DNA from: a virus
Lineage: Duplodnaviria > Caudoviricetes
Direction: 5' to 3' (one strand)
Length of the DNA stretch: 57,303 bases
Virus record (IMG/VR): IMGVR_UViG_3300005965_000006
Coordinates: 1-57,303 of that record
The notes under the pieces are model-generated. The model had not been told where the DNA came from and did not search any database. It worked only from the letters and a program-made list of their open reading frames with translations. Below, one piece after another: positions 48,655-56,886 of this stretch. A program made the translations under genes and the position numbers. Each line of letters begins with the position of its first letter. The first letter of the stretch is position 1.

Positions 48655-49285
48655 CTTTATTCTCCTCGCATATATCTCTTAATGGACATTTTTTACAATC
48701 ACCTCTCTTGGACCCGCAGATTAAAGACCCAAAGTCCAAGAGGTGGTAGTTAAATTCCACATAGTTCTCATTGGGTAGTAATTTATTTAGGATATATTCA
48801 ACTTCAGTCTTACCCTCAATACCAAAAACCCTCCTAACAAATTTCTTTGTATTGGTATCATATATAATACGTCTCTCTTTATGGAAGAAGCAAGCTACGG
48901 CATTTGCACAATAGTCTCCACAACCAGGAAGGAATATTAAATCATTAAAGCCTATTGGGAGTGTTTGGTTTAAAAATGTTTCAGCTGCTTTCTTGAGAAC
49001 TGAGGCTCTATTGTGTTCAAGACCTAAAGAGAATAAATCTTTAGCTAATTCAGCTTCAGTAGTAGCATAAATATCCCAGAAGTTTTCATACTTAGCTAAA
49101 AAGAAATCTAATACATTTTCAACAGCTTCAGCTTTAGTCCGTGAAAGCAATATCTCCGCAATCAATATCCGCCAAAAAGTTGAGTTGGGCTGGCGCCAAG
49201 AGAAGAGCCGGAAGTTCTTCTGGCCCCATGATTTTAATCTCTTCCTCACTTCCTTTATCCTCTGTTGTTCCTGCTGTATATTCAT
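48638..49285 (-). CDS. HhH-GPD DNA glycosylase with 4Fe-4S motif (Mig/MutY-like)
   Basis: ILIAEILLSRT, LPGCGDY, DTN, Cx6Cx2Cx5C; AGGAGG RBS before ATG 49285. Confidence 0.9.
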   Translation of the reverse strand: MNIQQEQQRIKEVRKRLKSWGQKNFRLFSWRQPNSTFWRILIAEILLSRTKAEAVENVLDFFLAKYENFWDIYATTEAELAKDLFSLGLEHNRASVLKKAAETFLNQTLPIGFNDLIFLPGCGDYCANAVACFFHKERRIIYDTNTKKFVRRVFGIEGKTEVEYILNKLLPNENYVEFNYHLLDFGSLICGSKRGDCKKCPLRDICEENKDAKKN

Positions 49286-49508
49286 TATCTTCCTCCTTTG
49301 GAGCGTGCTCCTTTTTAAGTACACCTACTTCAATAAGTTTTTCTTCAAGACATTTACTACATAAGTTCCAACCATTAAAACACCCAAACTTCCAGTCTAA
49401 TCTACTACACTTCCAGCAACGTGCAAAGAAGAGTGGTCCACTATAAGGAACTTGTTCTAATTGAAAAGCTTGTAAACCATATACCGTAATTGGAAACTGT
49501 GCGGGCAT
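49134..49508 (-). CDS. Cys-rich hypothetical protein
   Basis: CWKC, CSKC; upstream TTTACG-17-TATAAT promoter; 3' end overlaps the glycosylase. Confidence 0.55.
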   Translation of the reverse strand: MPAQFPITVYGLQAFQLEQVPYSGPLFFARCWKCSRLDWKFGCFNGWNLCSKCLEEKLIEVGVLKKEHAPKEEDNEYTAGTTEDKGSEEEIKIMGPEELPALLLAPAQLNFLADIDCGDIAFTD

Positions 49509-49639
49509 AATTATCCTCTCGTTTAATTATCTATATATCTATTATAATATAAAAGTATCTGCTCGTAAATCAGTATAAAAAATCCTAGCCGGTTGACTAG
49601 GATTATTATTTTGGGAGGAGATTTGGGGGTTGTTTGTAA

Positions 49640-50155
49640 TTACTCCCCGAAAGGAGCAACTTCAGGTTGTTGTCCTTCTGCAACTGGTGCTTCAGGAGCT
49701 GTTTCAGCTTCAGCTTTTTTACCTTTACCTTTTTTAGCTTTAGGTTCTTTAGGCTCTTTAGGAGCTTTCTCAGGAGCTTTAGGAAGTAAATCTTCAGGAA
49801 TATATACTTTAAGGTCTTCAACAGGAATTTTCTGAATAAAGCTGTCAAAGTACTTTTGAACTAATTCAAGAACAACTTCAACTCTTTTCTCATCTGTCAT
49901 ACCATTAAGTGCTTCTCTGAATGCTGAATGAATCTCTGCTTTTTTAACTGACGTAGTTCTAGGACGTCCAGTAAGCTGCGGGTCTTGGTATCTGTACCAT
50001 CTTATACAGTTAATTTTTCCAGCGCCTTCACCGAACACTTCATCAAGTTTAGCTGCAATTTCCTGATCAGTTAAACCATCTCTAATACCTTGCCTTGTAA
50101 TCTCGGCGATGGTTGGTTTTTTAAACTTTTCCTTGTTTTCCTTTTGTTCTGCCAT
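49640..50155 (-). CDS. Putative HTH-like DNA-binding protein, 'IxWY[KR]' paralog 3, with K/A/P/E-rich tail
   Basis: LTDQEIAAKL...NCIRWYR; AAGGAG RBS; downstream hairpin at ~49581-49605. Confidence 0.75.
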   Translation of the reverse strand: MAEQKENKEKFKKPTIAEITRQGIRDGLTDQEIAAKLDEVFGEGAGKINCIRWYRYQDPQLTGRPRTTSVKKAEIHSAFREALNGMTDEKRVEVVLELVQKYFDSFIQKIPVEDLKVYIPEDLLPKAPEKAPKEPKEPKAKKGKGKKAEAETAPEAPVAEGQQPEVAPFGE

Positions 50156-50361
50156 GTGCTTCTCCTTTTGGCTTCTCTTACTTAACACGAATCATTGAAC
50201 TGATTTCTATAATTATAATATCTTAAAAAGATAAAATGTACATAGGTATATAGAACGAGATTTTATCTAGCTATTCACAACTTTTTGAGCCACACCTTGG
50301 ACACTGTGCACAATAAGTTGGTTTCTCGTCAAGAAACTGGGAACTCCAATTTCTTGTTTTA

Positions 50362-50670
50362 TCAGACATACCATTCCTTTTCCAAATAATGATAATAACT
50401 ATCGCCCGCCACGAACACGTTATTAAATACCCTTATGACCTCCTGCTCGGCGAGCTTATTAGTAGCAGGGTCGAATATATATTGTTTTAAAAAGAATACC
50501 CAATTATATCTCTTCCAAATATCTGACTCTTCGGGCCGGAAGCCCAGGACCCCGAGTATAAAATGAATAGCATTCTGGTCTCCCATTATCCTAAATAAAA
50601 TTTCGAGGTCCTTGACTTTAGCCGGTTTGCCCTTAGGCCAGACTAGTGCTTGTCTATTAATTACTTGCAC
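50362..50670 (-). CDS. Hypothetical protein
   Basis: ORF whose start overlaps the upstream stop. Confidence 0.55.
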   Translation of the reverse strand: MQVINRQALVWPKGKPAKVKDLEILFRIMGDQNAIHFILGVLGFRPEESDIWKRYNWVFFLKQYIFDPATNKLAEQEVIRVFNNVFVAGDSYYHYLEKEWYV

Positions 50671-51056
50671 TAGTTACCTACCATACCTTTTACTGATGCG
50701 TCCATAGTAGGAACGCCCGCTTCTCTATAGATTTCTTCAACTTTAGCCTTAGCTTCAGTGGCCATCTCATTAAAGCGTTCCTCGGTTATTTGCTCTCTAG
50801 TTATGCGCTCACTTTTCATAAGAGCATCAGTAATATTTACAAGCAGAAGAGCAGGAGGTATTTCCATCTTATCTGCCAATGTCTGAATAATTGCTGCTAC
50901 CATAAACATGTGGACCTGGGGATGCCCTTTCATGCTTACAGCGATACCTTTGTTGGGGATTTGTTGAATGTTGATATGGGCGGACCCATTACATACATTA
51001 CAGTTACTGCAATCATCGCAGTTTTGTTCCATGTTCTGTTCATTTTTGTTTTCCAT
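50670..51056 (-). CDS. Hypothetical protein
   Basis: GAGGAG RBS before MENKNEQ. Confidence 0.6.
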   Translation of the reverse strand: MENKNEQNMEQNCDDCSNCNVCNGSAHINIQQIPNKGIAVSMKGHPQVHMFMVAAIIQTLADKMEIPPALLLVNITDALMKSERITREQITEERFNEMATEAKAKVEEIYREAGVPTMDASVKGMVGN

Positions 51057-51069
51057 AAGGTGTCTCCTC

Positions 51070-51393
51070 TTAATTATTCTCTGGTCGCTCTGGACACGGT
51101 GGAATATTCCGTACCACATTTCTAATATACTTGTCCAAGAAGTCAGACCCCTTGGACTCGAAGCCTGATTCAATTTTCTGTATCTCATCAGGTGCACCTT
51201 GAAGCAAATCCTCAAGAAATGCTTTAGGTGATATTTTTCTTTTCATGGACAGCGTTACTATAATCATTTGTAAGAGTGTCATGAGATTGTCATTAGTACC
51301 ATCTGTATTTATTTGTACTTGGTCATTTGGAAACATTCTAGCGCATAATTCAGCAATCATCTTCTTCTTCCTTTTGTTCGCTGAATAAAGCAT
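51070..51393 (-). CDS. Hypothetical protein
   Basis: ORF in the early-gene string; start uncertain. Confidence 0.55.
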   Translation of the reverse strand: MLYSANKRKKKMIAELCARMFPNDQVQINTDGTNDNLMTLLQMIIVTLSMKRKISPKAFLEDLLQGAPDEIQKIESGFESKGSDFLDKYIRNVVRNIPPCPERPENN

Positions 51394-51715
51394 CTATTTG
51401 TTCTTTTTTCATATCTGTCTTATCGTCTACTAAACAGAAGCAATAATCATTCTGCCATTGAACATTGTGGCATTTATAGTGACCAAGCATTTCCTCTTCA
51501 ACATTCAGATAACCATACTCAGACTCGAATAAGGTTAAATCCTCACTAGTAACAGTAATTACCTTACCATCAATCATCTGAATGATGTCACACTCGCCGG
51601 CTCCAGGAATCTTTTGAGCCAGTCTAATTGTGCCTATATTCGAGGGTTTGAATGCAGGGTATACCTTCTTCAAGTGGCTTATCTTTACCGTAAACATATA
51701 TCGCTCTCCTTTCAT
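51350..51715 (-). CDS. Hypothetical protein
   Basis: AAGGAG RBS before an internal ATG (MFTVK). Confidence 0.55.
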   Translation of the reverse strand: MKGERYMFTVKISHLKKVYPAFKPSNIGTIRLAQKIPGAGECDIIQMIDGKVITVTSEDLTLFESEYGYLNVEEEMLGHYKCHNVQWQNDYCFCLVDDKTDMKKEQIDALFSEQKEEEDDC

Positions 51716-51857
51716 ATTTCAACTCTTTTACTGGTTCTTGCTCTGGTTGTAAATAATAATATAACCATGTACCTGTCGTATATAATCCTACACAGAACAT
51801 TAAAAATACCCAAGCAATTGTGCAACCTATTAATGCTGATAAAATTTTAGTATCCAT
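51624..51857 (-). CDS. Small membrane protein
   Basis: N-terminal transmembrane segment; AAGGAG RBS. Confidence 0.55.
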   Translation of the reverse strand: MDTKILSALIGCTIAWVFLMFCVGLYTTGTWLYYYLQPEQEPVKELKYERRAIYVYGKDKPLEEGIPCIQTLEYRHN

Positions 51858-52047
51858 GTTGACTCTCCTTTACTGTATCTATCACTACTTTGGCTATCAT
51901 ACTTAATTGGAATGCTTCGTTTAAATCTATAGCCTCTGGTAATTCTCCATCATATAATTCTATTTCTATCATTTTCAAGAGATGACTAGTATTTGTTATA
52001 TTTGTCATATTAACCAATGTATCGGGAGCTTCAATTTTATCCGTCAT
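51847..52047 (-). CDS. Small hypothetical protein (MTDKIEAP...)
   Basis: 3' half of track ORF 51847..52203 with a plausible RBS. Confidence 0.45.
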   Translation of the reverse strand: MTDKIEAPDTLVNMTNITNTSHLLKMIEIELYDGELPEAIDLNEAFQLSMIAKVVIDTVKESQHGY

Positions 52048-52339
52048 AGTGCGCTCGCTTTCTACATTTACTAGAGCCAAGAAAACTACAGGCAACGTAA
52101 TTATCAGTAATAGCAAACCTACCTGGGTCAAAAGTTCCACGAGGTTCATGTAAAAGCCAATTAGGGACATTCGACGTGTACTCCACATTATTAATTCCAG
52201 CATCCATCAATATTTGCTTCCTATTTATACAGTATTCAAACTCGGGACAAGACCAACATTTACCTACATCTAATTCTTTGTGTGGGCATCTATATTCTTT
52301 CTTAAAATCCATGTTGATATATTTAGTGTAATCCTTCAT
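52037..52339 (-). CDS. Cys-rich hypothetical protein
   Basis: CPH..CWSC..C; GAGAGG RBS. Confidence 0.5.
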   Translation of the reverse strand: MKDYTKYINMDFKKEYRCPHKELDVGKCWSCPEFEYCINRKQILMDAGINNVEYTSNVPNWLLHEPRGTFDPGRFAITDNYVACSFLGSSKCRKRAHYDG

Positions 52340-52419
52340 CCTCTCACCCTTTCATTCAGCTATCAGGTTAATCCTAGGACCGAGGATATTGTAGTCCCCG
52401 GTCCCTAGGAACCTTAGAG

Positions 52420-52980
52420 TTATTTAGCTTTAGCGCTCTTTCCTCCTTTAGTAAGCGGGGCAACTTCGGCTGGCTCTTCATTTTTCTTGGGCTCAGTTTC
52501 TTTTGCTTTACCTTTGTTCCGTCTAGCAGCAGCCACTTGTGCCTCCGAAGGTTTCTTTTCAGGTTTATCTTCTACAGGAATGTATTGCTCAAGGTCTTCT
52601 ACATCAGCTGCCTTAACTAAGTCAATTATATTTTTCTTAGCTAAGTCTATTAGAATTTGTTCTCTCTCATCGGGTGCAAGAGTCTGGAGATGAGCAGCAA
52701 ATGTTGACCTGAGTTCCTCGTGATTGCCTTTCTTTTTCATGTCCTGTTTGTACCAAGCAATTGAACTTCCTGTTGTTTTAGCTTGTTGCCCGAATAGATG
52801 TTTAACATAAACAACTACATCAGCTATTTGGTCGTGAGTCAATTCATCGCACCAAGGTTTGTTAACTATTAGGTGTGTAGCTATAGACCTGACTGTTGAT
52901 TGTGGAGTAAAGTTGTCTTTAATTTGTTCCGCTACTACTTTGGGGTCCCACTTTTCTTGGGGGTTTTGGTTGTTTGTCAT
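52420..52980 (-). CDS. Putative HTH-like DNA-binding protein, 'IxWY[KR]' paralog 4, with K/A/E-rich tail
   Basis: LTHDQIADVV...TTGSSIAWYKQDMK; AAGGAG RBS; TTCGCA-17-TATTAT promoter upstream. Confidence 0.75.
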   Translation of the reverse strand: MTNNQNPQEKWDPKVVAEQIKDNFTPQSTVRSIATHLIVNKPWCDELTHDQIADVVVYVKHLFGQQAKTTGSSIAWYKQDMKKKGNHEELRSTFAAHLQTLAPDEREQILIDLAKKNIIDLVKAADVEDLEQYIPVEDKPEKKPSEAQVAAARRNKGKAKETEPKKNEEPAEVAPLTKGGKSAKAK

Positions 52981-53095
52981 GATAGTTCTCCTTCTGTTCT
53001 GTTCTAATACGCTCTGTTCGTTAAATTGTTTTTTAACCATTAAAAATATAATATCAAATAAAATGTGTTTTGCGAATATGCTTTGTTCTTCTAAC

Positions 53096-53314
53096 CTATA
53101 TTAGTTCGATAACTACTTCCTCCTTTCCTTCTGTTATCTTGAGAGATTGAGTTGTAACTAACTCTGTACTAGCAACACTTGGATTAGTGAATCCAAATAT
53201 AAGGTTCTTATTCTCAAGCTGGTCCCTCTTCATAATCGCATATAATTGACTTACAAACTCATCCACGGTCGCTACTTCAACTACTTGCTGGTTTTTGATT
53301 GTGTTGTTTGTCAT
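53096..53314 (-). CDS. Hypothetical protein
   Basis: AAAGGAG RBS. Confidence 0.6.
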   Translation of the reverse strand: MTNNTIKNQQVVEVATVDEFVSQLYAIMKRDQLENKNLIFGFTNPSVASTELVTTQSLKITEGKEEVVIELI

Positions 53315-53433
53315 AGTGATTCTCCTTTTCTATTATATATACTCGGTCCTTAGGTAGAGGGCTCAACGGTGAATCCTCTAAGAAAAGACCTGAGTGAAAG
53401 CGTGGTAAACGCTCAGGTCAATGAAGGCCTCAA

Positions 53434-53739
53434 TTAACCGCATTCATTCTCTTCTTCCGCGACTTTAAACATATAAGCAGCTTGACCACCAGGAATATCT
53501 TCTATTTTTACTTTCCATTTTTGACCACAATTTTTACATATCTCAATGGCTTCATGTTGATTACCAGCACAATCACTAGTACTGAAATGTAATGAATAAT
53601 CAAAGGTATTCTCATCAAAATAAAGCGGTTCAGGTGCACATGGGCAATAAGCACTAATACTAGTTATACCTTTAGCGTGGTAATGTTTTTTCCCATTAAT
53701 CTTTTCTCCTTTTCTTCTTCCTTTTACTTTCACTTTCAC
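53434..53739 (-). CDS. Hypothetical protein with CxxC
   Basis: ORF track; CKNC. Confidence 0.5.
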   Translation of the reverse strand: MKVKVKGRRKGEKINGKKHYHAKGITSISAYCPCAPEPLYFDENTFDYSLHFSTSDCAGNQHEAIEICKNCGQKWKVKIEDIPGGQAAYMFKVAEEENECG

Positions 53740-53745
53740 TTTCTT

Positions 53746-54078
53746 TTACTTAACAAATGCAGGACTTTCAAAAATCTCTTCCAAGAAGTTTATTTGTGCT
53801 ATTCTCTTCGCTATCTCGTATTGCACATACTCCATATAGACTGGATTAATTGAGTCTATAGTTATCTCTATCTGGTATCCATCACTACAGAATGGCTCAT
53901 AGTCATAGATAACATAACTATTATACTTGCTTCGCCATTCCATCTTAAGTATGATACAATTATTTTCTAATATCAGAGCTTTTATCCATTCACGAAGCTC
54001 TTGTGTACAAGGTCCGCTATCATGTATTATTATCATATTAGCTGGTTTATCTGGTGCCTTAGGTACTTGTAGTTTCAT
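53746..54078 (-). CDS. Hypothetical protein
   Basis: AGGAG RBS. Confidence 0.6.
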   Translation of the reverse strand: MKLQVPKAPDKPANMIIIHDSGPCTQELREWIKALILENNCIILKMEWRSKYNSYVIYDYEPFCSDGYQIEITIDSINPVYMEYVQYEIAKRIAQINFLEEIFESPAFVK

Positions 54079-54241
54079 TAATCAACTCCTGTCTTTTCTT
54101 AAACTTCTCGCACTTTATTATGTACTCTTTAGTGTAAGATGAGGAAGTCCAATCATGCAGTTGAGCACTCCAATTAGTCATCTTTCTGTATCGAGTACAA
54201 GACTTCTTGGACTTACAGTTCCAGTTACTGCATAGTATCAT
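54059..54241 (-). CDS. Small Cys-rich protein (MILCSNWNC...)
   Basis: AAGGGAG RBS before ATG 54241. Confidence 0.55.
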   Translation of the reverse strand: MILCSNWNCKSKKSCTRYRKMTNWSAQLHDWTSSSYTKEYIIKCEKFKKRQELINETTST

Positions 54242-54386
54242 TGATTCAACTCCCTTACAAATATAGTTAGTATCAATATCCCCGGTCCCGCTACTACAGG
54301 ATGTATCCATCCATTATGGATACAAAATCCTGTAGCAAAGACCAGTGTCACGCATATAAGATTAAACAACCCTCTACCCCAACGAC

Positions 54387-54662
54387 TCATCCGCATTCAT
54401 GCTTACCCTCAACACAAGCACTATCAAGAGAAAGACAGTGCTCTAGAAATACTTCCATCTTAATATTCTTAGGTCTTATCATAATAGGTTCAGACATTAA
54501 ACCTTCTTTGCGATATCTAGCATAACCCTTTTGAAGCATATCCTTAGCTTCTTTCATGGTCAAATGCTTTCTGTCCGCCAACATCTTTACAGTATTATCT
54601 TCATCATTAGGCCTATCTAAGAAGCTATATACTTCAGCTTCCATAATATCGAATTTATCCAT
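54387..54662 (-). CDS. Hypothetical protein
   Basis: GAGGAG RBS; upstream TTCACC-17-TAATAT promoter. Confidence 0.55.
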   Translation of the reverse strand: MDKFDIMEAEVYSFLDRPNDEDNTVKMLADRKHLTMKEAKDMLQKGYARYRKEGLMSEPIMIRPKNIKMEVFLEHCLSLDSACVEGKHECG

Positions 54663-54741
54663 AGTGTTTCTCCTCAACAATTTTCATTCATACATACATA
54701 CATATTAACATAAAATGTTCAGCTGGTGAATAAGATTAGTT

Positions 54742-54993
54742 TCATCTTTCCTTATTAGGTTCGACTGCAAATAGGACCTGAGAATGTTCACCATCATCGC
54801 CATTATTGCATTCTATATAGTGTACATTCTCAAATGACCCCAAAAAATTACATACATCTTGAATAATATCTGCTGCACAGTCATCATCATCTAACCTGTC
54901 ATAGGTTGTTACAGTGACAGAGAGACCGTCGGTCAGGGAGTCCCCGAATTTTTGCATAAACTCTTGGCCTAGTGTTTGAAATTGTATCTGCAT
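54742..54993 (-). CDS. Acidic hypothetical protein
   Basis: AAGGAGG RBS before MQIQF. Confidence 0.6.
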   Translation of the reverse strand: MQIQFQTLGQEFMQKFGDSLTDGLSVTVTTYDRLDDDDCAADIIQDVCNFLGSFENVHYIECNNGDDGEHSQVLFAVEPNKER

Positions 54994-55003
54994 CTTTCCT
55001 CCT

Positions 55004-55102
55004 TTATTCTCCAAATAATTGCTTCCATACTAAGTTAGCTAATGGGTATAATACAAACTTGAAGATTAATACCCATAACAAGATTGCAATAAATTGTTCC
55101 AT
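55004..55102 (-). CDS. Small membrane peptide (32 aa, MEQFIAILLWVLIFKFVLYPLANLVWKQLFGE)
   Basis: First gene behind promoter copy B; GAAAGGAG RBS. Confidence 0.65.
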   Translation of the reverse strand: MEQFIAILLWVLIFKFVLYPLANLVWKQLFGE

Positions 55103-55110
55103 ACTATTCT

Positions 55111-55217
55111 CCTTTCAAATGTTACTAATACAAACTAATGGTTTCAATATTCATTATACTTATATTATAATTTAATAATTGTCAAAAGTGAATCTGCTTA
55201 GGAACACAATGCCTCAG
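55111..55217 (-). promoter_or_regulatory. Repeated early promoter/leader cassette, copy B
   Basis: ~105 bp matching ~82-187. Confidence 0.8.
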
Positions 55218-55393
55218 CTTCTCCACGGCCAAAGACCCTCATAAAATCATGGTCAAGTACTTGAAAATATATGTGCATCAGTCTTCCTCCTTTCTGATGA
55301 CTGTATCTAACCATCTTGGTATGCCTGAATAATAAACAAACCAGATAATACCTATAAATAAGAGTAGTGTATATGGGAAAGGTATGTGTTCAT

Positions 55394-56071
55394 TTACGAT
55401 GTATACCCGTACCTTCCTGTTATTATTTGTTCTATTTGCTCATCAATAAGAGAGTCCATATCCTTACGGAGTTGATACTTGATAAAGTATTTGAGACGTT
55501 CATTTTTTTCTTTAAGCTGAGTTACTTGTTCATCCAAGTTTTGTGTCAAAGCTTTCGCTGCTTCTATTCTTTTAACCATATCTATATTAGCCCCTACTTG
55601 TAGAGATTGAAGGTCTACAGTATCTTCACCAAATTTATTATTCCAAGCATTTATCTCAATCTTGGGTATCTCGACAATTGGACCCTCGGGCCCGGAGCCG
55701 TAGACCTTGCGCTCAACACCGAATACCTTCATAAGTGGTTGGCCATCTTTGTGCTTAGTTCTTTTCATACCTTTGACTTTAGGTGCTTTGTAGCCGAAGC
55801 TTTTGTTTTTCTTGCCTCTGTCCCGCCAATCAGTCTCTTCATAAACATCTGCTAGAGTCTTGCCAAACTCCGCTGCAATGGCTGTCATCAGCTTCTTGGC
55901 TGGATGATATGGCTGCTTTTCAGGGCCAACAGGATAGCCTCTCTCGATACTCTCAAGAGTAGTCTTAGTGCAACCAACGCGGTTGGCTAGTTCTTTAATT
56001 GTTAAGGGTGGCTCGAGAAATGTTTCTCTGTGCTTACGCACCCATTTGCCTAGTTTCATTTTCTCTGTCAT
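55394..56071 (-). CDS. XRE-family HTH transcriptional regulator
   Basis: LTIKELANRVGCTKTTLESIERG; C-terminal coiled coil. Confidence 0.85.
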   Translation of the reverse strand: MTEKMKLGKWVRKHRETFLEPPLTIKELANRVGCTKTTLESIERGYPVGPEKQPYHPAKKLMTAIAAEFGKTLADVYEETDWRDRGKKNKSFGYKAPKVKGMKRTKHKDGQPLMKVFGVERKVYGSGPEGPIVEIPKIEINAWNNKFGEDTVDLQSLQVGANIDMVKRIEAAKALTQNLDEQVTQLKEKNERLKYFIKYQLRKDMDSLIDEQIEQIITGRYGYTS

Positions 56072-56220
56072 ATTGCTACCTCGCTTTCATATTCACATTC
56101 TAAACATATACTTTCATGCAACTCTGATGTACATTGTGGACACACTGTAGCTCCACAAAACACACATTCAAAGAGTGTCTGGTCTTTTTGTTTGCAATGC
56201 TCGCAGGTTCCTTTAGCCAT
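56068..56220 (-). CDS. Small zinc-finger protein (50 aa, four CxxC pairs)
   Basis: MAKGTCEHC...CVFC..CPQC...CLEC; GAAAGCGAGGT RBS; ATGA overlap with the XRE gene. Confidence 0.7.
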   Translation of the reverse strand: MAKGTCEHCKQKDQTLFECVFCGATVCPQCTSELHESICLECEYESEVAI

Positions 56221-56328
56221 AGCTATACCTCGCTTTCATTATTATCTCTACATGGTAGTACATGGAGCCTGCTGGTCGGACTTTGCCACTACCATGTTTC
56301 GCCCAACTTTCATGGGCTCATCAGGAGG

Positions 56329-56667
56329 TTATAGTACCTGTAAGGTCATGGATACATTAGTTCCATCAGGCATATCTAAAGTTATGACTTTGATATAATC
56401 ATCAGATATGAACCAGTTAGCTTTGGCAATCATCTTCTCTACATCACTAAATTCAATATCAGCATCTATTGGTTTAATATCTTTATATATCAATACATTA
56501 TATATGTTCTTGTCTTTCCAATCGGGAAAAACTTCCTCATCAATAGGTTCTATCTCTACTTTAAGGTCGCCACATTTTGCCACACATTCATCTTTATTAA
56601 GTGTTGGTACAAAGTCCACACCGGTTCCACAGCTACTTGCCTTTAAGATTTCAATTAACTTTTCCAT
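56329..56667 (-). CDS. Acidic hypothetical early protein
   Basis: First gene behind promoter copy C; starts MEKL like the copy A and D genes. Confidence 0.65.
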   Translation of the reverse strand: MEKLIEILKASSCGTGVDFVPTLNKDECVAKCGDLKVEIEPIDEEVFPDWKDKNIYNVLIYKDIKPIDADIEFSDVEKMIAKANWFISDDYIKVITLDMPDGTNVSMTLQVL

Positions 56668-56830
56668 GAGGTCCTTCCTTTCAAATGTTACTAATACAAA
56701 CTAATGGTTTCAATATTCATTATACTTATATTATAATTTAATAATTGTCAAAAGTGAATCTGTTTAGGAATACAATGCCTCATGTGTTGACAACTCTAAC
56801 AACGACCATACCTTAAGGCTGAGGTGATGC
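56656..56830 (-). promoter_or_regulatory. Repeated early promoter/leader cassette, copy C
   Basis: Near-identical to 61-230. Confidence 0.8.
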
Positions 56831-56886
56831 ATAAGAACAGACCTCCTAGACTAGCCTAGACAGACAGGTCCAAGAGGTCTGTGTTC

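Noticed and set aside
55394-56071. Lysogeny module implied by the XRE regulator
   Set aside because: No integrase, ParA/ParB or divergent cI/cro arrangement is recognisable.
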